Assembly: GCF_009914755.1 (NCBI RefSeq)
Contig: NC_060927.1
Source of the DNA: the human T2T-CHM13v2.0 reference genome, Homo sapiens
DNA: 64,000 bases
Direction: 5' to 3' (one strand)
A program made the position numbers and the translations under genes. The notes beneath the pieces are model-generated. The model was not told the origin of the DNA, ran no database searches, and saw nothing but the letters and a program-made list of their open reading frames with translations. Position 1 is the stretch's first letter, and each line of letters starts with the position of its first letter. This document shows, one piece after another, positions 41,637-59,590 of this stretch.

Positions 41637-42550
41637 GATTGCTATGCTTTTAAATTGGTTAAAGTGTGTTTTATAGCTCAGAATATGGCCTATCTTGCAT
41701 GTTCCATGTAAGCTTGAGAAGAATGTGCAGTCTTCTGTTGTGAGATGAAGTAGTCTATAGATGTCAACTATATCCAGTTGATTCATGACGCCATTGAGTT
41801 AGAAGTTTTAATTTTTTACAAATAGAATATAATCCTATATTGCATATATTATTTCTGCAAATTAACATTCCAACGAAACAAAAACAATAGATAAAGTGTT
41901 TAAAAAGCAGTAAAGGGCAAGAACAGAAGGTGTTTGTGGGAAAGAACCCTGTGATCATCGCCAACAGCTCATCCACTCTTTCTGCCTCATTCTGCCAGCC
42001 TTGTCACTCCAGCTGAGGGTGTGGCAGCCAAAGCAAGCCTAGGCCATGGACTCACTGTACTGACCACAGTCTGTGAAGAGGACATGCCAAGGGATGGGCT
42101 TGGGCTGGGAAGAGGATAGTGGAACTGGGTCTGTGAAACACTCCCAAATGCAAGTGCAAACTGCTAGTGATAGATGACTGAAGTCCAGCCAAGCCTATTC
42201 AACTGTGATTATTATAAAAGGCATGAAGTTTACATTCAGGATTTAGGCTTATTTATTTGATTAGCAATTGAAGACTTGGCCTTGTGTTCTTGGCTGGGCT
42301 CTAAGCATGTCAGCTCACAGAACTAAAAGCACCTATCGAGAAAAGAAAAACAAAACAAATGAAACTACTTTCTCAGTCTTCTCTTAGCCAACTGTCATTG
42401 AATACATAGTGCTTCTTTGAGGCATTTAATTTGTTATACCACTCCCTCTTTCCTAATGGAGATAGGCTATAAGGAATCTCAAGCTCAAGAGAAAACCACA
42501 TCAACCAAAAGATATCTCATAAATGCATTTGGAAAGTTCAATGTAAATAA

Positions 42551-42934
<384 letters not shown>

Positions 42935-43029
42935 TGTTCCTTTCTTTAAGATAACCCTCATTCTTCAAATGGAAGGACTTCACATCTGACTAGGGATTTG
43001 TACATTGGCCCATTAAATTAAAGGGTGAG

Positions 43030-43326
43030 GGCCAGGCGCAGTGGCTCACATCTGTAATCCCAGCACTTTGGTAGGCCAAGGCAGGCAGATCACCTGAGCT
43101 CAGGAGTTTTAGACTATTCTGGTCAACATGGTGAAACCCTGTCTCTACAAAAAAAAAAAAAAACACACAAAAATTAGTTGGGCATCGTGCCAGCTACTTG
43201 AGAGGCTGAGGTGGGAGAATCACTTGAGCCTAGGAGGCTGCAGGTTGCAGTGAGCTGAGATCACGCCATTGTACTCCAGCCTGGGAGACAGAATGAGACC
43301 CTGCCTCAAAAAAAAAAAAAAAAAAA
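43030..43326 (+). mobile_element. Alu
   Basis: TSD aaattaaagggtgagg. Confidence 0.92.
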
Positions 43327-44174
43327 TTAAAGGGTGAGGTGCTGGGGAAGTCTGCAGCACTGTTTTCCAATTGTTAATATGTTCCATTAATTTTCCCAAA
43401 GTGTTCAAAATGAGTTTCTAGATGCTATGCCTACATGCAGTGTACAAATTACAGTGTTTAGGGGAATGTTGACATTTGTTATACTAGTTGTGTGACACTT
43501 CTCAGTGAGTAAACTCATCTAATCATTTGTAAATCTCAGAACTGTTGACTTCTGTATTCAGAAACAATTTATTTATTAACTCTGAAAAATGTTCAATTGT
43601 TTTCAGAGAAGAGTTCAGTCTTATATGTAATTATTCTGGAGAAGAGCAACATTTCTTTAAAATGTTTGATACAAATATCAAATGATTCTCCAAATATATG
43701 TTGGAGAATATAATTTCCCTTTGAAAATGTTTTCTGAAGACTGGAAAATTAACTTGCATAATGTCTCCATCCAACAAGTCATTAATTTACAGCCTTCCAA
43801 ACACGTTTGTCTGGATCTTAAAAGTAACTGGTTAACTTTCATTTTTCCTCTCATAACTGTGACAAAATCCCTACACGTGGCTACCAATGGCTGGAGGATG
43901 CACTTCATACATTTCTCAGAGTCTACATGTATTTAGATCTACACAGAAAAATTGAAAGATCCCAAATTTTATTTCCGTGTAATACCACAAAGCTTCTTTT
44001 GGGTGAAACAGTGCTTTTTCTGGTGGTCCTCTTGTAAGTGCAAATTTGCCTGAGAGACTGTGTAAGCAGATTGCTGTCCTACCAGTTTGCTTTCCTTAGC
44101 AATGTCCAGGATGACAGATGGACAGGGCCTCGCTGCTTCATGGATTATTGTCAGTGAACAAAGGAGAAAAGGCA

Positions 44175-44962
<788 letters not shown>

Positions 44963-45519
44963 TCTGGCAAGACATGAAGGCAGGACTAGCCTTGGAACAA
45001 TGTCTGGGGCTCAAGTTTTTCTAGGCCCTTAAGAGAATGCTTGCTCCAACTAGGCTTTTCTGCTCTGTTTAGGCTTTTTCTGGGTAGAGGGCAATCCTAA
45101 GGACTGGAATAGCCTAGTTCTCACAACTGTGTTTATTTGTCCAGAAGCCTCAGGCCCAAAATCAATAAAAATGCACAAGGATCCACTGAGCACACTTCAT
45201 ATGGGCTGCACTGATGTAGACATAACAGTGGAGCCAGGGTGATGGGAAGCTCTTTCCTGAGTGGCTTTCAAGCTAAGAGGGTAGCTTAGAACCATGTTTC
45301 TCAAACTACTTTCTTCCAGTTTATAGCAGACCACTATGTGTTCCTACTGTGATAACCATAGGAGTTCAGCAATACCCAGCCTCGTCTATTTCTTGTTCAA
45401 AAAGATGAGTCCTCTAATCATACACTTGGGTGTCACAATGTCAACTTGCTATATATATTTTATATATATATATATATATATGTTCTATATGCCTGTTCTC
45501 AGTTTCTCGGGGGAAAGGA

Positions 45520-45845
45520 TCAACCTCATCCATTTGGGCGGCTATAACAAAAATACTATAAACTGAGTGGCTTATAAACAATATTTATTGCTTACAGTTC
45601 TGGAGGCTGGGAGTCCAAGATCAAGGCACTGGCAGATTCAGGTGTCTTGTTCATAGATGGCGCCTTCTTGCTGCGTCCTCATGGGGAAGAAGGGGGTCTC
45701 ACTCTGTTGAGGGCACTACTCCCATCATAAGGACTCTGCCTGTGGGATCTAATCATCTCTTAAAGGCCCCACTTTCTAATATTACTGCACTGGGGGATAG
45801 GTTTCAACATACGCATTCTTCAGGGGGGGACATTCAGACCACAGC
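45520..45845 (-). mobile_element. MSTC/D-like MaLR LTR
   Basis: ggctataacaaaatactataaactgagtggcttataaac...acattcagaccacagc. Confidence 0.75.
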
Positions 45846-46152
45846 TCCCATTGAAACAAACTCCTCAAACTTTTCTAACTTTTCACTTGTGGTTTCAAAT
45901 GACATTCGAGACCTGTGGGTGTCAGGTGGAGCCTGAAGTCAATTTGTTATACAGACATGTTTTCATTATAATGATATTGGTGGGAAGACACTGTGCATCA
46001 GTTGATGATAAGAAAAAATCACATTTTAAAAAAAAGTTTAATTGAGGTATAATTTACATATACTAAAATGCATAGCTTTTGAATGTATATTTTGATGGCT
46101 TTTGATATATATGCTTGAGTAATCATCTCCTTAATCAAGACAGGTAAGCAAG

Positions 46153-46448
46153 GACCAGGCTGGGGGCTCATGCCTGTTACCCAACACTTTGAAGGGCAGA
46201 GGCGGGAAGATTGCTTGAGGCCAGGCCTTGAAGACAAGCCTGGGCAACATAGTGAGACCCTGTCTCTACAAAAACATTTAAAAACTAGCCTGCTGGTGGT
46301 GTTCATCTTTAGTTTTAGCTGTTCTGAAGGTTGAGGTGGGAGGATCACTTGAGCCCAAGAGCTTGAGGTTACAATGAACTTGATTGTGACACTGCACTCC
46401 AGCTTGGGCAACAGAGCAGGACCCTGTCTCTAAAAAAAGAAAGAAAAA
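46153..46448 (+). mobile_element. AluJ
   Basis: Alu sequence. Confidence 0.88.
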
Positions 46449-46745
46449 GGCCAGGTATGGTGGCTCACACCTGTTATCCCAGCATTTTGGGAGGCCGAGG
46501 TGGGCAAATCACGAGGTTACGAGTTCAAAACCAGCCTGGTCAACATGGCGAAACCCCATTTCTACTAAAAATACAAAAATTAGCCAGGTGTGGTGGTGCA
46601 CACCTGTTATCCCAGATACTTGGGAGGTTGAGGCAGGAGAATTGCTTGAACCTGGGAGGCGGAGGTTTCAGTGAGCCGAGATCACGCCACTGCCCTCCAA
46701 CCTGGGCAACAGAGCAAGACTCCTTCTCGAAAAAAAGTTTTAAAA
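46449..46745 (+). mobile_element. AluS
   Basis: Alu sequence. Confidence 0.9.
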
Positions 46746-46875
46746 AGAAATAAAGAGAGAGAGAGGAGGGAGGGAGGGGAGGGAGAGAGGGAGGGAGAGA
46801 AAGAGAGAGAGGAAGGAAGGAAAGGAAGGGAAGGGAAAGGGAAAGGGAAAGGAAAGAGAAGGAAAGGAAAGACCC

Positions 46876-47401
<526 letters not shown>

Positions 47402-47642
47402 CTAAGGAGTATGTAATAGATCACTTGCCAAAAAGAGATAGGGAATACTCCATCACCCCAGAAAGCGCCTTGATGTCCCTCTTTAGGCATCTCTCCTGAA
47501 CTTGTGTGTCTGCTCCTGAGGCAGCCAGAGGTACCCACTGTTCTCAATTCTGTCGCCATGGCTTGCTCAGGTTTTTTCCAGAACTTCTAGAACTTCCCTA
47601 GAATTTCATATAAGTAAAATTGCAGTTTGCAATCAACAAACT

Positions 47643-47769
47643 CTTTTTTTCTTTCTTTTAAAAGATGGGGGTGTCACTATGTTGTCCAAACTGGACTTGA
47701 ACTCCTAGCTCAAGGGATCCGCCCTCCTGAGTACCTGAGACTACAGGTATGCACCACCACACCCAGCCT
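47643..47769 (-). mobile_element. FLAM monomer
   Basis: Antisense left monomer. Confidence 0.8.
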
Positions 47770-48019
47770 CACCAAACTCCTTTGGTTCCGGTTTCTTTCA
47801 TTCAACATAATGTTTTTGAAAATCATTCATGTTTCTATATGAGTAGTTGATTTTTGTTTTGATTGCTGAGTAAAATTTCATTGTATGAAACACCGCACCA
47901 CAACTTGTTAACCCACAAATAGTGCCTTGCATGTATTGAAACTTCACTATTGCCAGACACTGTGTTAAGCACTTCCCAATGTCTCATAACCACCAGAGGA
48001 AAGGTGTTGTGATGGCCCT

Positions 48020-48723
<704 letters not shown>

Positions 48724-48839
48724 CTAGGTATTATCCCCATTGTACAGATTAAAAAATAAAGCCCAGGGTCAGTGTGGTCAGTGACTCTCCTGGGGTCACA
48801 CAAGCTACTAGGTAGCAGGATAAATAAGGATTAGAACCA

Positions 48840-49152
48840 GGCCGGGCATGGTGGCTCATGCCTGTAATCCCAGCACTTTGGGAGGAGGAGGCAGGAGGAT
48901 AGCTTGAGCACAGGAGTTTGAGACCACCCTGGCAAAAATGGAAAAACCGTGTTTCTATTAAAAATACAAAAATTAGCTGGGCATGGTGGTGCGTGCCTGT
49001 AATTCCAGCTACTTGGGAGGCTAAGATGAGAGGATCACCTGAGTGTGGGAGGCGGAGGTTGCAGTGAGCCAAGATTGCACCACTGCACTCCAGCCTGGGA
49101 GACAGAGTAAGACCTTGTTTCAAAACAAAAAACAAACAAAAAAAAAAAAAAC
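48840..49152 (+). mobile_element. Alu inside a MIR (MIR ~48724-48838)
   Basis: TSD gattagaa(c/g)cag. Confidence 0.9.
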
Positions 49153-49962
49153 ACAGATTAGAAGCAGTCAGTCTTACTCCATGCAAAGGGAGAGGCAACA
49201 TCACAACTGACACTGATAACCCTGGCCTCACTCCAGTGCTGTGACTTTGTCCCCATCCTTTTGCACCCAGGGGACAACATGGGCATGCTGGCATGAGGAG
49301 AAATGCACAGATCCCTTTCACAGCTGTCCGCTTCTCCCAACAAGGCCAACCAGGGAGCTTGAGATTGTGCCATCTCAAAATCTCTCCCCTCCAACCAGCT
49401 GAATCCTCCAGGTAACCCACTCACTTAACCATTTCTCTCTTCTAAGGGAGCAGAAACAAGAACCCAGCCCAGCGCGTGGGCTTCTGTGCCTTTTTCTGTG
49501 GCTTAGCTGAGCATTACTCTTAAATCCTTATTCTGATCTTTGTTTCATGTTTACAGAAGTGGATTCTTTTTATTCCTTTCCCCTGACAGGAATAATCCCT
49601 TTGGAATTTAAGCTTTTAAAGAGTAGCTCCTTGTGTTATTTGAAAGGCAGCCTAGGGGCTGCCCCTTTGCACACAGATCTCCTCCTTGCAGGAGGAGGTG
49701 TGGCTGGCCCAGGGCGGTGTGGGGACACAGACCTGAAGAACGTGAAGTGCATGACAAGCTCAGGCAGTCCTGGGGAAGGGAGTTCTCAGCTCCTATCTGG
49801 CCTCTCCCTCCCCCAGCTTTCCCCCATTCCTAGACCAGTCTGCACCAAGGGCAACCCTGAAACAGGAGAGGGAGGTAATGGGGGGAGGCTGTCAGCAGGA
49901 GGGGAGGAGTGGGCAGAAGATAACACTGACTTGTCACCTGCAGCCAGGGAGAGGGAGGGTGA

Positions 49963-50302
<340 letters not shown>

Positions 50303-50379
50303 AACCTCTCACTTTTCAAGGTCCCCTGGCTATTGAAACATGAAGACACCCTAGAGGAGGATTACAGACTCTAGGGGGC

Positions 50380-50755
50380 AAGTGAAATGCTGTCTGGATC
50401 CCTATCCACGAAGGAACTGGCACCCAGCTGCTGGGAGGAGGCCTGTGGTGGCCAGCCTCAGCCAACAGCCTTTTCAGAGATTGCCTCTACCGCAGAGAGC
50501 CACTTCAACCAGGTGACAAGGACAGCAAGAGAAAAAAAGCCTGGTCCTATCAGCTCAGCTGAGGACAACCCTGAAAGGCCATTTAAAACTCCCTGTGAGC
50601 GCAGCGCAGGCTGCCACTGGGCCACATCCCAGCCTACTTCTCACCCTGCCCACTCCTGCTTCCTTTTGTCCCCCTCCATGGCTGGTGATCCAAGGGTGGT
50701 CCCTAACTAGTATCTTGTCTGCTAACTCCATTGGCTTCCATAACATTCCTAACAC
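50380..50755 (+). mobile_element. LTR16A/B-like ERVL LTR
   Basis: cccagctgctggg...gattgcctc..gcagagagccac...ttctcaccctgcccactcctgcttcc. Confidence 0.65.
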
Positions 50756-50920
50756 ATAAACATGCAATGCAATAGTCTGTACTTTTACATGATAATTGTG
50801 ATTTTTTTAATGCTGATTCACGGTGTGTGACATCAATGAATTTTTTTCAATACTTGGTGCATATCTCTGTGTGTAGCCTTTAGTGATACAAAGTTATATG
50901 GGTTAGTTACTATTATCCAC

Positions 50921-51222
<302 letters not shown>

Positions 51223-51522
51223 ACTATTATCCTCTTTTACAGAAGAGCCAACCAAATAACAGACAGGAAAAATAACTTCCCCAACGTGACCCATCCTACG
51301 GTGGAGCCAGGATGTGACCCCAGGCAGGCTGGTTCCAGAATCTGCGCTTACAGGGCTCTACTCACCTGCCTGCCATCACTCTACATCTCTGGGCTGTTTC
51401 TACCTACCAGGCTGAGCCATGAGGTCAAGGATTGTGTCTCAATCTTAAACACTGTCGGGGGCAGGAGGGTAAAAATAAGTCTAAGAATATGAGAGAAAGG
51501 AATAACATGAACTTGAATATAA

Positions 51523-51844
<322 letters not shown>

Positions 51845-51905
51845 TAAAATTTTTCAAAGTTAAAAACATGACTCATAAGATGAACACATACCAAACATTT
51901 AACTG

Positions 51906-52300
51906 ATGCTATAGCTCCCTAGGGCTGCTACAACAAATCATTACCCAGCAGGTGGCTCAAAACGACAGAAGCATGTTCTCTCACAGTCCTGGAGGCCGGA
52001 AGTCCAAGATCAAGATGACAGCAGGCCTCACTCCCTCCAAAGGCTCTAAGGGAGAAACTTTCCCTGCTTCTTCCAGTTTCTGGTGGCTGCCAGCATTCTC
52101 TGGCCTTCTTGGCATGTGGCCACATCTCTTATAAGGACACTTATCATTGAATTTAAGGCTCACATGGGTAATCCAGGATGATCTTATCCCAAGATCCTTA
52201 ATTTAATTGTATCTGCAAAGGCCCTTTTTCCAAATAAGGTGACATTTCAAAGATTTGGATGTGGACATAATTTTGGGGGACCACCATTTAACCTACTACA
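51906..52300 (-). mobile_element. MLT1C-like MaLR LTR
   Basis: ctagggctgctacaacaaat...ctcacagtcctggaggccggaagtccaagatcaag...aacctactaca. Confidence 0.8.
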
Positions 52301-52569
52301 CTCATTAATGAGGAAATCAGCAGGGTGGTAAAGTTAATTCAAGGGAAAATTTGAGGAACAGGAGTTTATCTAGTCAGTCAGCAAAGGCATGCTGAAATAA
52401 CTTGGCACAAATTGAATGGTTACTGTCTCACGGGACAACTACACTGTAACCTCTGGGGTTATCTTTTCCCACAGACAGAAACCTATTTGGGTAAAAATCT
52501 GTAAGTTAACATGTGACTTCACAGATTCTGGGCCCTAATCAATAGTAAATCAAACAAGGTACATTTGCT

Positions 52570-53120
52570 AGATCAACATTCCTCAATAGAACTTTCTGCA
52601 ATGGTGGAATGTTCTACATCTGTGCTGTCCAATACGTTAGCCACATTTCAAGTGCTCATATATGGCTCAGGAGCTCTTGAAATGTACTTAGTAGGACTGA
52701 GAAACTGAATTTTAAATTTTATTTAGTTTTAACTAATTTAGATTCAAATATTAATAGCACCAGGCATGGTAGCTCTCATCTGCAATCCCAGCAATTTGGG
52801 TAGCCAAAATGGAGGCTCACTTGAGTCCAAGAGTTGCGGACTCGCCTGGGCAACATAGTGAGACTCCATCTCTACAAAAAAAATTTTAAATTAGCAGGGT
52901 GTGATGGTATGCGCCTGTAGTCCCAACTGCTCAGGAGGCTGAGGTGGGAGGATCACTTGAGCCTGGGGAGGTCAAGGCTACGGTGAGCCATGATTGCACC
53001 ACTGCACTCCAGCCTGGGTGACAGAATGAGATCTGTCTCAAAAGAGAATAATAATAAAGAAAGAAATATAGATAGCTACAGGCAGCTAGCTAGTGGCTAC
53101 AGTATTGGAAGGTGTGATCC
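52570..53120. mobile_element. MER3 interrupted by AluJ (52758-53062, +)
   Basis: aatagaactttctgcaatggtggaatgttctacatctgtgctgtccaata...tagtggctacagtattgg. Confidence 0.78.
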
Positions 53121-53914
53121 TATAGATTTAAATAATCCCTACCAGGACCTAATAGACATGCTTGAATATAATATTGGAAAATATGCTGTTGCCTTATTTT
53201 CAAGTTTTCGTAATTTTTCTTAACACGTTAACAGCAGACCTCAGATGAGCAAAGTATGGGGAGTGGTGAGGCCTGCGGAAAACTGACAATTGCGTGTCCA
53301 TGTAATTAGAAAAACACTTCCAGTTAGTTCCAATCAATCATTGCCCTGTTGTCAGAACTATTCATTTTTTAGAATATGACAGATGTGTGGGGTTTTATGC
53401 AAAATATCTTAATATTTAAATATTAGCCAAAGATTGGTAATCTCTGCTCTAGAGGAAATTGGCGCATGCTAATTAACCTCTTACGATCTGCTTCATTCCT
53501 AGTTACTCTTGTTCATATGCCATACTATCCAGCGCTGTGCCTCGTACACGTTAGACTCCCGTCCTCAGCAGTACAATTCATTTCAGTTCAACAAATATTT
53601 ATTGAGCACCTACTGCATGCCAGGAACTGACCAGGAAGCAGGTCATTATAAGAATTAATAAAGTGCCTCCTTGTTTTCACAGGCTCCCATTCTGATCGAG
53701 ATACCACACAAAGTCCTTTGTAAAGTAGGGTGATGGAGATCAAGGCACCAGGTGTCTGGGGAGTCAGGATGGCACTTGGCTCCAGTTGGGCAATTGAGGG
53801 AGGAGAAAATGGCAACCGAGCTGAACCTTGAGTAAGAAGAGTTGTTTGGGTGAAGTGAGATGGAAAGAGCATATTGGGCAGAGGCACTGCTGGGTGAGAG
53901 GGGAGATGCATCTA

Positions 53915-54340
<426 letters not shown>

Positions 54341-54580
54341 TCATAGAAGGTATTATAGTCTATAATGTGAAGGGTGTTTTATCTCTGGCTTATCAAGACC
54401 ATGAAATGAATGAATAGATGAATACATTCATTCAACAAATATTCTCCAAAGCTTGGCATTGAAGACACTGGAACTACAGGTAACAAAATTTGTAGAGTTT
54501 TCTTCTCATGGGGTTTATGTTCTAGCTGGGAGAGAAAAATGATAAACAAGTAAATAAGTGCAAAAATAAGATAGAATTCT

Positions 54581-55397
<817 letters not shown>

Positions 55398-55599
55398 TCA
55401 GAGGTAATTAGGTAGGTGCTCAGCAAAGGTGGTATGTGACCTGGACCTGAATGTTGAGAAGGAGATAGTTGTATGATTCAGATTCTAGAAGAACAGCATT
55501 CCAGGTTCTTAATCCTCAGAATCATTCAGTAATGTTTATAGCCAAATTTAAAATCTAAATAGGAAAAAAAATAGCATTTGAAAACAGAAGAGAGAAAAT

Positions 55600-56040
55600 T
55601 CACCTACAATCTTACTACCTTAACACCACTTCTATTTTTAGTCAGAGTGTATTTCCTTTAATCTGGGCCCGCATGCATATGTTTTTTGTATCATTTATCA
55701 TAATCAACTGTATATACAGTAGTTAGCTCTTTTCACTTAAAATTATAAGCATTTTCTGTGATAACCATTATATTCCCGACCATTATAATTTTCCATTTCT
55801 TCATATTTGTCCATCCAGTGGCTCTGACATATACAGGAGTTAACCTTTTCCCTATTGCACATTTAGGTTGTTGTACAAATTGATGCATATGAGCATAGGC
55901 ATCTTTACATACACGTATTTTTCCTCTGCTTTTGTATAACTTTCTTAGGATAGACTTCCTGAAATGGGAGATTTCTGTGTCAAAGGGAACACTTAATCTT
56001 AGAGGTTGTGATACAAGTTGCCAAATCTTTTTCCAAAATA
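55600..56040 (-). mobile_element. L1ME-like fragment
   Basis: ttttcacttaaaatt...ccctattgcacatttaggttg...ttcttaggatagacttcctgaaatggg. Confidence 0.55.
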
Positions 56041-56579
56041 AATAGGAAAAGAGATAGTGGTAGAGAGACAGAGAGATGGCGGGGCCTCAGGGTGGGGGGT
56101 TGGAATATGAGTAGGCAAAAATATGAACCATTATGCTCTGTGGGGGTAGGGAAGGATATCCTTGTCTCTTTTGCTTATTGTTGTATATGCAGTGCCTGGC
56201 ACACGGTAAGAGCCCAATAATGGAGTAAGTTCAAGTTTTGCAGCTCAAGATTGATTTGCAGCTGAATTTGTTGTTGTGCTCCAAAGGAGAGAAATTTGCT
56301 AGGCAGGAGCAAACATTTTACATCACTCTGCTTTTGTAGCTTTGGCTTGTGATTAAAAGAACAAAAACAAAATAGATGTTTATGGAGATTCGACCGAGAA
56401 GGCAGGCTGAGCATATGTTTAAGCCTCCCCCTCCAATTCCTAGAAAACACTTAAAAGGTACATATTCTCCTGTTACAGATCCATTTATATGTGTGTGTTC
56501 ACACATCCCACCCAGCCCCTTCCCCCAGCCAGTGGATCCAGGCCATGGTAAACAAATCCAGTACTCACAGCGATAAGCA

Positions 56580-57050
56580 CAGCTTTAGGCTGGGTTCTTA
56601 TAAATAGCTTCTGAGATGACTTGTAGGAAGCTGACTTATTAGAAAATATTCACAATAAGAATGGGTAGGGATATGGGGAATTGGGACCAGGAAGGGAAGA
56701 GAACATCCAAGGTGTAATGGCAAACAGACCCCTCAGAGGATAACCCTGGCTTCATACAAGGAGCTCTGGAGATAGTACAGGTCACACCACAGAGGTGCCC
56801 CCATCAAGCAGTGAGGGGCCTGGAGGATCCACATCTCCTGTGCTCATCAGTACATAAACTGTCCCGGGGGACATAAGCTCCCAGGCCCTTCTGGCTCTTG
56901 GTGTACACTGGCAAAGTGCCCATCCATCAGGCTGAGGCCTGGACCTCGACAGAGGCACAGATGCTGGCTGTTGGAGTAAAAGCATTCGGGAGCCTGTTTA
57001 GACTAAAGCGGTAAAGGGATTTGGGGGAAGGTAGATGGAGCCCTGCCAGC
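56580..57050 (-). mobile_element. Ancient ERVL LTR (LTR16/LTR79-like)
   Basis: ttaggctgggttc...ctgagatg...ggagctctggag...cagatgctggctgttgg. Confidence 0.45.
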
Positions 57051-57437
57051 TCCTGCTTCAAGCTCACAACAGGAACCACCGTGAAAACTAACCCCATGAA
57101 AGGAGACATCAAATTTTACAAATGAAAGAACAAGCTCTGAGAAAAGAGTTAATTGAAAAATATAGAAAATGACTCTAGAATAAGTTTAACCTGTATCTTC
57201 ATGGACAGAGAAGCAGATATTACATCTGCTGAATCAGAGATCTTGAAAATTAAGTCTTCGATCATAGACATTTTTTTTTTGAAAATTAAGTCTTTGATCA
57301 TAGACATTTTTTTAAAAAGTAGATGGACTAAATAGAATAAGAGAACAAATTAGTGAGCTAGAAGATTGAACTAAAGAACTCCCTGGAAAGAGATAAAAAG
57401 TATGAAAGAAAAGTTAGGAACATGGAAAATAATTTCA

Positions 57438-58157
<720 letters not shown>

Positions 58158-58514
58158 TAACAGAAGAAAAATGTCCCAAGTTAGTGAAATATATGAGCCA
58201 ATTAAAGTCTCCAACAAGACCAAGCAGGACAGATGAAAAATGCTGCATAAATAGTGGTAACATTGTAGTAAAATTTCAGAACACCAAAGACAAAGTCCTA
58301 AATATTTCTGTGAGAAAAGCAGATCATGCACAGGCAAAGAGAAACAGAGAGGGAGAATGGCACACTGACCTCACACTTCTCATCAATAGTTGATGGAAGA
58401 TAGTGAAGCTAGATCTTTAACATTCTGATGGGAAAAGGTTGTCAACATAAACATCAAATGCAAATATTAGTCGCCTGGGAACGAATACAAGCATTTCAGA
58501 AAAGCAAGAGTTCA

Positions 58515-59590
<1,076 letters not shown>

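Noticed and set aside
43330-44000. Possible ancient hAT transposase remnant on the minus strand
   Set aside because: Only a vague peptide resemblance; no TIRs or convincing motifs
48749-49420. 223-aa ORF, the longest in the window
   Set aside because: Largely an antisense Alu translation ([11 protein letters not shown]...)
50365-50385. CTCF-like ctagggggca
   Set aside because: Only a partial match to the core motif
53220-53452. MER102-like hAT fragment
   Set aside because: Similarity too weak to call without an alignment
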